Shown here in pieces: positions 19,435 to 26,771 of a stretch of DNA of 32,000 bases. Within the stretch, counting starts at the first letter, position 1. The number at the start of each line of letters is the position of its first letter. The DNA is taken from positions 13,914 through 45,913 of the forward strand of contig SFIM01000011.1 in NCBI GenBank assembly GCA_004556155.1. Direction: 5' to 3'. The DNA comes from Clostridiales bacterium. GTDB lineage: Bacteria > Bacillota > Clostridia > Christensenellales > Aristaeellaceae. A program made the position numbers and the translations under genes. The notes under the pieces are model-generated. The model searched no databases. It was given only the letters and a program-made list of their open reading frames with translations, and was not told the origin of the DNA.

Positions 19435-19461
19435 GTTTCTTTCTTGATTCAAGAAAGAAAC
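19435..19461. repeat. perfect 27-nt palindrome
   Basis: GTTTCTTTCTTGA-T-TCAAGAAAGAAAC, 13-nt arms around one central base. Verified position by position. Confidence 0.9.
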
Positions 19462-19505
19462 GTAACCCCTTCGTTTCTCTTTCGTCCCCATCTCCCGCTC
19501 CCTGC

Positions 19506-19536
19506 AAAAAAGCCGCCAGGCAAATGCTTGGCGGCT
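19506..19536 (-). terminator. rho-independent terminator of the EF-G paralog gene
   Basis: Minus strand: AGCCGCCAAG-loop-CCTGGCGGCT (10-bp stem, one G-U pair) followed by TTTTT. Confidence 0.75.
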
Positions 19537-19552
19537 TGACAATGCGGAAGAA

Positions 19553-21634
19553 TTATTCTTCTTCGTCCTCGTCCTTCTTGGCGCTTTCGATGATCTTCTT
19601 GGCCACGTCGGCGGGAACTTCCTCGTAACGCTCAAACTTCATGGTGAAGCTGCCGCGCGCCTGGGTCATGGAGCGCAGGTCGGTGGCGTACTTGAACATT
19701 TCGGCCAGGGGTACCTCGGCCTCTACCTGCTGCAGACCATCCACGGGGTTCATGCCCATGATGCGGCCGCGGCGCTTGTTCATATCGCCCATGATGTCGC
19801 CCATGTACTCATCGGGAACCAGCACTTCAACGTGCATGATGGGCTCCAGCAGCACGGGGGAAGCATCCATGCAGCCCTTCTTGTAGGCAATGCGGGCAGC
19901 GGTCTTGAAAGCCATTTCGGAGGAGTCTACCGGGTGGTAGGAGCCATCGTACAGCTTGGCATGCAGGCCGACCATGGGATAGCCCGCCAGAACGCCCTTC
20001 TTGATGTTTTCGCGCAGACCCTTTTCAACAGAGGGGATGAAGTTGCGGGGCACCACGCCGCCGACAACCGCATCTTCAAACTCGAAATCGATGTTGGTAT
20101 CGCCGATGGGGCGGAACTCGATCCACACATCGCCGAACTGGCCGTGACCGCCGGACTGCTTCTTGTGGCGGCCCTGGCAGGATACGGTCTTGCGGATGGT
20201 TTCACGGTAGGGGATGCGGGGATCCTGCAGCACGGCGTTGGCGCCGAACTTGGACTGCAGCTTGTTGCGGATCACGTCCAGATGCAGCTCGCCTTGGCCC
20301 CACAGGATGGTCTCGGTGGTTTCGGCGTTCTTTTCCAGGCGGATGGAAGGATCTTCTTCCTGCAGACGGGCCAGGCCGCTGAAAACCTTATCTTCTTCGC
20401 CCTGCTTGGCGGCGTAAACGGCCTTCTGCACGGAGGGCTCGGGGAAGCTGATTTTTTCGTAGCGGATGGGGTTGGCGGCGTCGCACAGGGTGTCGCCGGT
20501 GTTGGTGAACTGCAGCTTGCTCAGGGCGGCGATATCGCCAGCGCTTACCTGAGAAACGCTCAGCTGGTTCTTGCCGCGCAGCAGGAACAGGCCGCCGGCC
20601 TTTTCAGTCTTTTCGCAGCTGCTGTTATACAGCGCGGTGCCGCTGGTCAGGGTGCCGCTGCATACGCGCAGCATGCTCAGCTTGCCCACGAAGGGGTCGG
20701 CGATGGTCTTGAACACAAACGCGGAGAAGGGCTCGGAAGTCTTGCCCTCGCGGATGATTTCTTCGTCGTTCTTGGGGTTGACGCCGGCGAAGGAAGCTTC
20801 TTCGGGGGAATGCAGATAGGCGCTCATCACGTCCAGGAGCTTGGCAACGCCCACGCCGGTAACGGCGGATACGGGCACGGCGGGCACGATGGAGCCGCTC
20901 TTCATGCCGGCGCTGAAGCCCTGCAGAATTTCTTCGTGGCTCAGTTCGCCTTCTTCAAAGTATTTTTCCAGCAGCTCGTCTACGGCTTCCGCGGCGGCCT
21001 CAGTGATTTCGGCCAGCGCGTTTTCAATGGCGGGAGCCATATCGGCAGGCACGGGGATTTCCTTGAGATCCTTGCCCTTGCCGGAGTAAGCCTTGTTTTC
21101 CAGCACGTTTACAACGCCGGTGAACTTGGCGCCCTCGCCGATGGGCAGCATCAGCGGCACCACAGAGGAGCCGAACTTTTCACGCAGCTGCTCGATGGTC
21201 TTTTCATAGTTGGCGTTTTCCGCGTCCATACGGTTGACGATGAACATGCGGCATACGTTGTTCTTCTTGGCGTAAGCCCAGGCTTTTTCAGCGCCCACAG
21301 TCAGGCCGCTGACGGCGCCTACCACGATCGCGGCGGTTTCCACCACGCGCAGGGGACCCATCATTTCGCCGATAAAATCAAAATAGCCGGGAACGTCGAT
21401 CAGGTTGATCTTGGTGCCCTTCCATTCCACGGGAGCGGTCGCGGCGCTGATAGAAATACCGCGTTTGTTTTCTTCGGCGTCAAAGTCGGTCACGGTGGTG
21501 CCGGCTTCAACCTTGCCCTGACGGTCGATCATGCCCGCGGCAAAAAGCATAGCCTCGGTGAGGGTGGTTTTGCCCTCGCTGCCGTGACCCAGCAGCGCGA
21601 TGTTGCGGATGTCTTTGGTTTTGTAATCAGCCAT
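19553..21634 (-). CDS. elongation factor G family GTPase, EF-G2-like paralog
   Basis: G1 GHGSEGKTT, G3 DVPGYFDF, G4 NRMD, 693 aa with EF-G domains II-V by length and pattern. Not next to rpsL/rpsG/tuf. Confidence 0.85.
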   Translation of the reverse strand: MADYKTKDIRNIALLGHGSEGKTTLTEAMLFAAGMIDRQGKVEAGTTVTDFDAEENKRGISISAATAPVEWKGTKINLIDVPGYFDFIGEMMGPLRVVETAAIVVGAVSGLTVGAEKAWAYAKKNNVCRMFIVNRMDAENANYEKTIEQLREKFGSSVVPLMLPIGEGAKFTGVVNVLENKAYSGKGKDLKEIPVPADMAPAIENALAEITEAAAEAVDELLEKYFEEGELSHEEILQGFSAGMKSGSIVPAVPVSAVTGVGVAKLLDVMSAYLHSPEEASFAGVNPKNDEEIIREGKTSEPFSAFVFKTIADPFVGKLSMLRVCSGTLTSGTALYNSSCEKTEKAGGLFLLRGKNQLSVSQVSAGDIAALSKLQFTNTGDTLCDAANPIRYEKISFPEPSVQKAVYAAKQGEEDKVFSGLARLQEEDPSIRLEKNAETTETILWGQGELHLDVIRNKLQSKFGANAVLQDPRIPYRETIRKTVSCQGRHKKQSGGHGQFGDVWIEFRPIGDTNIDFEFEDAVVGGVVPRNFIPSVEKGLRENIKKGVLAGYPMVGLHAKLYDGSYHPVDSSEMAFKTAARIAYKKGCMDASPVLLEPIMHVEVLVPDEYMGDIMGDMNKRRGRIMGMNPVDGLQQVEAEVPLAEMFKYATDLRSMTQARGSFTMKFERYEEVPADVAKKIIESAKKDEDEEE

Positions 21635-21720
21635 TGTTGGTTCCCCCTATGATATAACATTGATTTCCATTGAGAAGTGATGCGTGCAGCATAAAGAAAA
21701 AACGCATTACACACTTGAAT

Positions 21721-21749
21721 ATTCTAACAGATAAAAAGCAGAATAGCAA
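21721..21749 (-). promoter_or_regulatory. sigma70-type promoter of the EF-G paralog
   Basis: Minus strand: TTGCTA (21749-21744), 17-nt spacer, TAGAAT (21726-21721). Confidence 0.45.
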
Positions 21750-21806
21750 GAGATTTTGACTGAAAAATTACCGATTTGTACAACTTGGTAGGACTTCATA
21801 CAAATT

Positions 21807-22610
21807 CTATTCGGGAATGTGCAGCAATCGCTCGCTTTGCAGCCTGGCAAGGTCGATATCGGGGACGTTCAGCCAAAGATGATAACGGCTTGAGGCGTCA
21901 TCAGGCGTCAGGGAAGCGTCGCAAAGCAGGCTTTCTTCAGCCAGGCGGCGCGTCAATTGCCGCACCGCGCCCTCGTTTCCATCCAGCACTAGCGTAGCCG
22001 CAGGCAGCAGGGAGCGGATAGCTTGCTTCAAAAATACATAATGCGTGCAGCCAAGCACCACGGCGGTGGGCGCGCGGCCATCGGCCAGATAGGGCGCGAA
22101 TTTTTCCGTCAGGTAGGCGCGCACGGCAGGGGTGTCGATTTCGCCGCGCTCAACAAAATCCATCAGCCCTGGGCAAGGCAGCGATACGGCGCGCTCACCA
22201 TAGCTATTATACAGGCGATGGTATTTTTCACTGGCCAGCGATACGGGCGTAGCCAGCACCAGAATCTGTCCCTCGGGGCATTGATCGTGCGCCAGCTTCA
22301 GCGCCGGCTCCATGCCGATGATAATCAGCTGTGGGTATTTTTCACGCAGCTGGGCGGCGGCGGCGCAGGTGGCGGTATTGCAGGCGATGACCAGCGCCTT
22401 CACACCTTGATCGAGCAATTGCTTGGCGACGCGATCCGCGCAGGCGCGCACCTCCTCCTCGCTTTTGGTGCCGTAGGGGGCGTTGGCGATATCGCCATAA
22501 TATATGAAGCGCTCGCCAGGAAGCAGGCGCAGCGCTGTGCGCAATACGCTTAACCCGCCCACGCCGCTGTCAAATATGCCGATGGGCAGATTTTTCCGTT
22601 CGGTATCCAT
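21807..22610 (-). CDS. murI: glutamate racemase
   Basis: IGIFDSGVGGLSV, catalytic Cys motifs IACNTAT and LGCTHYVF. AAAGGAG RBS. Confidence 0.9.
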   Translation of the reverse strand: MDTERKNLPIGIFDSGVGGLSVLRTALRLLPGERFIYYGDIANAPYGTKSEEEVRACADRVAKQLLDQGVKALVIACNTATCAAAAQLREKYPQLIIIGMEPALKLAHDQCPEGQILVLATPVSLASEKYHRLYNSYGERAVSLPCPGLMDFVERGEIDTPAVRAYLTEKFAPYLADGRAPTAVVLGCTHYVFLKQAIRSLLPAATLVLDGNEGAVRQLTRRLAEESLLCDASLTPDDASSRYHLWLNVPDIDLARLQSERLLHIPE

Positions 22611-22636
22611 GCAAATAAACGCTCCTTTCCGTTTCT

Positions 22637-22665
22637 ATTATAATGCCAAGCGCGTACGTATGCAA
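22637..22665 (-). promoter_or_regulatory. sigma70-type promoter of murI
   Basis: Minus strand: TTGCAT (22665-22660), 17-nt spacer, TATAAT (22642-22637). Confidence 0.45.
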
Positions 22666-22670
22666 GAAAA

Positions 22671-22694
22671 ACAAAAAGCCGCCCAACAGGCGGC
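22671..22694 (-). terminator. rho-independent terminator after spoIIP
   Basis: Minus strand: GCCGCC-TGTTG-GGCGGC followed by TTTTTGT. Confidence 0.7.
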
Positions 22695-22707
22695 GTGAGG
22701 AACCCTT

Positions 22708-23640
22708 TTATTCGATCTGCCCATCCGCCAGCGCGCAGATAGCGTTTGCCAGGTAGGGCATGGCGGCCAGGGCTTCTTCCAATGTGTTCTGGTTGTTGCC
22801 TACCTCGATCAGCACGCAGCAGGGCGCGACATGCTGATTATACCGCCCGCTTTTCAGGCTGACAGGGCGGCAGATGCCCTCGCATTGCAGGTTCAGCCGG
22901 TTGGTCAGCGTTTGAGCAATGGTACGGTTGCTTTCCCAGTCGGGCTTGATATCATAGCCCGCGCCAGTCTGCCCGGTGCCCTTGCCGATAAGCATCAGCA
23001 GCCGCGCCGACGCGCCGCTGGGCGTATCGACGGTGTTGGGGCCGTTGCCCTTGGAGTAAGCGTCGCGGTGCAGATCGATATACAGATCATAGCTTTCGCC
23101 ATTCTGCTGGCGTTTTTGCAGCATTTCCAGCGAGCGCTGATAGGCGGTGGACAGCTTGGGCGGCTCATAGGGCGTGGTATCATGGGTGACGCTTACGCCC
23201 GCATCGGTAAGCAGCTTGGTCAGGTAGCTGCCCACGGCCACTACGTTGCGGTCGGGGCTGCTGGTGCGCCATTTCTCCTTGGAGGTATAGGGATAAGCTT
23301 CGGTGGCCGTATAGGCCTCGTAGGTGTGGGTATGATAGATCAGCACCCGAAACGCGCCGGGATGCGGCGTACTTTGCGCGCTGATAACCTCCAGACGAAA
23401 GCCAGATTGCGGCTCAGCCGTAGGGGAAGGCGCAAGCGATGGCTGCGAGGCGGAGGGCGCGGGAGATATCACGGGCGGAGCCGCAAGGGTTGGGGTCGCC
23501 GTAGGCGCGGGAGAGGGGGAGATCGTTACCTCTGAAAAGATAGAAAAAACGGCGCTTTCCCCTCGCGCGGCGGGCGAGATGGAAAGCGTCAGGATCAGCG
23601 CCGCCGCCAGTACGGCAGCGCGCAGAAACGCTTTTTTCAC
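22708..23640 (-). CDS. spoIIP: stage II sporulation protein P (SpoIIP-family cell-wall hydrolase)
   Basis: N-terminal membrane anchor, Pro/Ala/Ser-rich linker, then IYHTHTYEAY ... IDLHRDA ... LIEVG motifs as I remember them for SpoIIP. Conserved position downstream of gpr. GTG 23640 (GGAAG 8 nt upstream) is preferred over the track start 23676. Confidence 0.75.
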   Translation of the reverse strand: MKKAFLRAAVLAAALILTLSISPAARGESAVFSIFSEVTISPSPAPTATPTLAAPPVISPAPSASQPSLAPSPTAEPQSGFRLEVISAQSTPHPGAFRVLIYHTHTYEAYTATEAYPYTSKEKWRTSSPDRNVVAVGSYLTKLLTDAGVSVTHDTTPYEPPKLSTAYQRSLEMLQKRQQNGESYDLYIDLHRDAYSKGNGPNTVDTPSGASARLLMLIGKGTGQTGAGYDIKPDWESNRTIAQTLTNRLNLQCEGICRPVSLKSGRYNQHVAPCCVLIEVGNNQNTLEEALAAMPYLANAICALADGQIE

Positions 23641-23695
23641 AATGCAGACTTCCTTTCCCATGCGGACGGCATGCACAGCTTATATGTATGCGCCG

Positions 23696-24619
23696 TCACA
23701 GGCCTTCATTCGTCAGCATCAGGATTTCCTCCCGGCTCAGCTGCGGCTGCAGGGCCAGATTCAGGCTCATGCCGATCACCTGCGAAAGCTCGGCTACCAG
23801 CTGATCGATTTCGCGCGGCGTAACCACCATTTCGCCCAGCGGCTGGCTGAGAATCCGCTGCGCCAGCGCGTACGCGGCGGCCTCGCGCTCGGAAGCGTCG
23901 GGATAATCGTCCAGAAGCTGCCGCAGCGCGTCGCGGATAATCACGCTGCCGTACACCACCGTCGGTACGCCCACGGCGATTACGGGTACGCCCATGGTCT
24001 CTCGTGTGATGCCTGCGCGGTGGTTGCCTACCCCGCTGCCCGGCTGGATGCCGGTATCCGTCACCTGAATGACCGCGCCGATGCGGCGGCATTCGCGGGC
24101 GGAAAGCGCGTCGATGGCGATGATTGCGCAGGGCTTGGCATGCTCAGCAGCGCCCTGAACAAGGTCGGCCGTTTCCATGCCTGTTACGCCCAGCACGCCG
24201 GGGGCCAGCGCGCATACGCCGCGCAGGCGGTCCAGCAGCGGCTGCGAAAGATGCCCGCGCAGGTGCCGCGTAACCAGCAGCGTTTCTACCACCTGGCTGC
24301 CTAATTTATCGGAGGTAATGCGCCGGTTGCCCAGGCCTACGATCAGCACATCGCCATCAGGCGGCAGCAGGCTTTGCAGCGTATCCGCAATGGCTTGCGC
24401 CAGCTCCGCGCGCGCGGGCTGCGCCATCTGATGCAGCGGCGGAATTTCAAAGGTGATGTAGCGCCCACAGGGCTTTTGCAGCTGCCGTGCGGCCTCTTCG
24501 CTTTCGATGCGAACTTCGCAGCGTGCGCAGTCGCCCGCTTGGGTATTGATCACCTGCACGCCGGGAATGTCGGGATGATCCGCCGCGCGCTCCATGGCCA
24601 AATCGGTTCGATACTGCAT
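23696..24619 (-). CDS. gpr: germination (spore) protease GPR
   Basis: MQYRTDLAMER..., VLIVGLGNRRITSDKLG, IQVTDTGIQPGSGVGNHR. GGAGG at 24628-24632. The track ORF continues upstream to 25444 only because the antisense of the next gene is open. Confidence 0.85.
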   Translation of the reverse strand: MQYRTDLAMERAADHPDIPGVQVINTQAGDCARCEVRIESEEAARQLQKPCGRYITFEIPPLHQMAQPARAELAQAIADTLQSLLPPDGDVLIVGLGNRRITSDKLGSQVVETLLVTRHLRGHLSQPLLDRLRGVCALAPGVLGVTGMETADLVQGAAEHAKPCAIIAIDALSARECRRIGAVIQVTDTGIQPGSGVGNHRAGITRETMGVPVIAVGVPTVVYGSVIIRDALRQLLDDYPDASEREAAAYALAQRILSQPLGEMVVTPREIDQLVAELSQVIGMSLNLALQPQLSREEILMLTNEGL

Positions 24620-24639
24620 CCGCCTCGCCTCCACAGGCG

Positions 24640-24669
24640 CAGGATGCCCGGACTGTTTATGTTTTATGC
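24640..24669 (-). promoter_or_regulatory. candidate forespore (sigmaF/G-type) promoter of gpr
   Basis: Minus strand: GCATA (24669-24665), 18 nt, CATCCTG (24646-24640). Remembered sigmaG consensus is GHATR-N18-CATNNTA; the last base mismatches. Confidence 0.3.
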
Positions 24670-24683
24670 TGTGGATCCTGTTA

Positions 24684-24712
24684 TTGCCATCCGTCCCGCG
24701 CCGTGGTATAAT
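24684..24712 (+). promoter_or_regulatory. sigma70-type promoter of the methyltransferase gene
   Basis: TTGCCA 24684-24689, 17-nt spacer, TGgTATAAT ending at 24712. Confidence 0.45.
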
Positions 24713-24742
24713 GGCACGCATGAATGCAAAGGAGGCGTGCAA

Positions 24743-25912
24743 ATGGCCATTGCGTATTTGAAATCGGGAAAGGAAGCCCGCGTGCTGCAGGGCAATCCCT
24801 GGGTGTTCCGCAGCGATATCGACCGGGTGTCGGGTGCATGGGAGCCGGGCGATGTGGTATCGGTCAAAAGTGCGCGCGGCCGCATGCTGGGCTGCGCCTT
24901 CTATAATCCGCAGTCGCAGATTTCGCTGCGCTTTGTGACCTTCCGGGATGAGCGCGTCAACGCTGATTTCATCCGCGCGCGCATTCATCGCGCTGTGGAA
25001 TACAGGCGGCTGTTTGCCGATATGCGCTCCTGCCGGCTGGTATACGCCGAATCGGATGGTCTGCCCGCGCTGATAGTGGATAGCTTTGGCGGCGTGCTGA
25101 GCGTGCAGTGCCTGTGCCTGGGTATGGAAAAATACAAGCAGACCATCATCGACGCGCTGGTGGATGAGCTGCATCCGGACGGCATTTATGAGCGCGACGA
25201 CGTGCCGGTGCGCGAGCTGGAGGGATTGCCCCAGCAGACGGGTCTGCTCTACGGCGATGTGCCCGATAAGGTGGAAATGCAGGAAAACGGCGTGCGCTTT
25301 CTGGTGGATGTGAAGAACGGCCAGAAAACGGGCTTTTTCCTGGATCAAAAGGAGAACCGCGCGGCCATTGCGCCCTTTGTGCGCGGGCAGCGCGTGCTGG
25401 ATTGCTTTACGCATACGGGCAGCTTTGCCCTGCATGCCGGCCACTATGGCGCGATCGAGGTGACGGGCGTGGATATTTCGGATTACGCCTGCGAGTGCGC
25501 GCGCGAAAACGCCGCGCTCAACGGCCTAAATAACGTGCAGTTTGTCGCGGCCAACGTGTTTGATCTGCTCAAGGAAAAGACGGCGGAGGGCGACCGCTAT
25601 GATGTGATTATCCTGGATCCGCCCGCCTTTACAAAAACGCGTTCGGCGGTGGATGCGGCGGTGCGCGGCTATAAGGAAATCAACCTGCGCGCTATGAAGC
25701 TGCTGCGCGATGGGGGATACCTGATCACCTGCTCCTGCTCGCAGCATATTCTGCCGCAGATGTTCCAGGGCATCGTGCAGTCCGCCGCGGCCGATACGCA
25801 CACACATTTGCAGCAGGTGGAGTTCCGCACCCAGGGCCGCGACCATCCCATCCTGCCTGCCTTGCCTGAAACGCAATATTTGAAATGCGGCATCTACCGG
25901 GTGGAGCGCTAA
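24743..25912 (+). CDS. class I SAM-dependent rRNA methyltransferase, RlmI-like (PUA plus MTase)
   Basis: N-terminal PUA-like MAIAYLKSGKEARVLQGNPWVFRSDI. SAM-binding VLDCFTHTGSFALHA. Motif IV ILDPPAF. AAAGGAGG RBS at 24728-24735. The track start 24374 is an antisense-of-gpr extension. Confidence 0.85.
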   Translation: MAIAYLKSGKEARVLQGNPWVFRSDIDRVSGAWEPGDVVSVKSARGRMLGCAFYNPQSQISLRFVTFRDERVNADFIRARIHRAVEYRRLFADMRSCRLVYAESDGLPALIVDSFGGVLSVQCLCLGMEKYKQTIIDALVDELHPDGIYERDDVPVRELEGLPQQTGLLYGDVPDKVEMQENGVRFLVDVKNGQKTGFFLDQKENRAAIAPFVRGQRVLDCFTHTGSFALHAGHYGAIEVTGVDISDYACECARENAALNGLNNVQFVAANVFDLLKEKTAEGDRYDVIILDPPAFTKTRSAVDAAVRGYKEINLRAMKLLRDGGYLITCSCSQHILPQMFQGIVQSAAADTHTHLQQVEFRTQGRDHPILPALPETQYLKCGIYRVER

Positions 25913-25960
25913 GCTCCGCCCGGCCGCTGCAAAAAATACAGCGAAATTGGAAAAAAGTGA

Positions 25961-25989
25961 TTGACGCGCAGCCGGTTTTGTGATATAGT
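25961..25989 (+). promoter_or_regulatory. sigma70-type promoter of tRNA-Ser
   Basis: TTGACG 25961-25966, 17-nt spacer, TGaTATAGT ending at 25989. Confidence 0.45.
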
Positions 25990-26063
25990 AATTCTTGCTG
26001 ATGCGATGTAAGGCTCGACCGCCCTGCATTGATAGGCAGCGGAGCAATCCGCCAATTGAAAAT

Positions 26064-26156
26064 GGAGAAGTCGCCTAGTTTGGTCGAGGGCGCGCGACTG
26101 GAAATCGCGTAGGCGTCAAAAGCGTCTCGAGAGTTCGAATCTCTCCTTCTCCGCCA
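26064..26156 (+). tRNA. tRNA-Ser (anticodon GGA), class II with long variable arm, CCA encoded
   Basis: Hand fold: acceptor GGAGAAG/CTTCTCC, 3-bp D stem GCC/GGC, anticodon stem CGCGA/TCGCG with loop CT-GGA-AA, 19-nt variable arm, T arm GAGAG-TTCGAAT-CTCTC, discriminator G, CCA. Confidence 0.9.
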
Positions 26157-26157
26157 T
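26093..26157 (+). repeat. attL-like copy of a 65-bp direct repeat (tRNA-Ser from the anticodon stem to CCA plus 1)
   Basis: Identical by eye to 27553-27617. Confidence 0.85.
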
Positions 26158-26189
26158 AGGGGCTATGCTGCCCCAACCTTTCTTTGATT

Positions 26190-26224
26190 CCCGGCTGTGT
26201 TGGTAGCGCAGCCGGGCTTTTTTT
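26190..26224 (+). terminator. rho-independent terminator downstream of tRNA-Ser
   Basis: CCCGGCTG (26190-26197) / CAGCCGGG (26209-26216), then C + T7. Confidence 0.7.
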
Positions 26225-26276
26225 GTGCTATAATGAGAACAAATATTCGCATTTGCGGACGCTGGAGGACTGCCTG

Positions 26277-26525
26277 ATGCATGATTACCCCAACCTGATG
26301 ACAATAATGCGCATGCGCGGAAAGTCGCGCAAGGACTGCGCCAAGGCCATTGGCTGCAACCGAACGACGCTGTACAAGAAGCTGCGTGGCCAGGCAGACT
26401 GGCGGCTGCAGGAGTGCCTGCCTGCCGGGGAGCGGCACACCGAACCCCGCGCGGACGGCAGGCTGCATGCAGGCTGCCGGCCGTGCGGGGTGTACAGGGG
26501 GCGGCCCTGTGGCCGGGGGCTGTAA
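26277..26525 (+). CDS. small HTH protein (Xis/AlpA- or Cro-like), C-terminal half runs into the GC-rich block and may be disrupted
   Basis: TGcTATAAT at 26226-26234, GGAGG at 26264-26268, ATG at 26277. MHDYPNLMTIMRMRGKSRKDCAKAIGCNRTTLYKKLRGQADW looks like a short HTH. The remaining ~37 aa are Arg/Gly/Pro/Cys-rich and not protein-like. Confidence 0.4.
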   Translation: MHDYPNLMTIMRMRGKSRKDCAKAIGCNRTTLYKKLRGQADWRLQECLPAGERHTEPRADGRLHAGCRPCGVYRGRPCGRGL

Positions 26526-26757
26526 GCCCCCCGGGAACACCCCCGAGGGCGTTTCCAGCCGAGCCTGGCCAACGGCGCGCGGCTGCGCGGCGGGGCCGCG
26601 AAAAAGAGCGGGCGGGGGGCAGGGAACGGCCTGCCATGCGAGGGGCCCCGCCCGCTGCGGGCGAAGGCTGTGCCTGCAACGAACCCCGACGCGCAGCCGC
26701 CCAGAGCGAGCCCAGCGCGGCCGAAGCGCCCGCCCCCCGACGAAGCCCCCCCTGTAT
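26415..26757. other. ~340-bp block of ~77% G+C dense in hairpins and palindromes, no credible coding frame
   Basis: Hand GC counts of 73-80% per 60-nt line over 26401-26760. Nested 11-bp/6-bp hairpin at 26607-26656, hairpins at 26494-26510 and 26513-26534, 24-bp palindrome at 26456-26479. Confidence 0.6.
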
Positions 26758-26771
26758 AAATAAATACCGCT

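Noticed and set aside
19553-21634. EF-G paralog as a Tet(M)/Tet(O)-type ribosomal protection protein
   Set aside because: It is 693 aa (ribosomal protection proteins are ~640 aa), the G1 motif differs from what I remember for them, and no mobile-element context adjoins the gene.
19832-21652. 606-aa plus-strand ORF opposite EF-G
   Set aside because: Gly/Ala/His-rich nonsense. The minus strand carries the G1-G4 GTPase motifs.
24620-25444. N-terminal 275-aa extension of the gpr ORF in the track (582 aa total)
   Set aside because: The extension is antisense to the RlmI-like gene. GPR homology begins at MQYRTDLAMER (ATG 24619), which has a GGAGG RBS.
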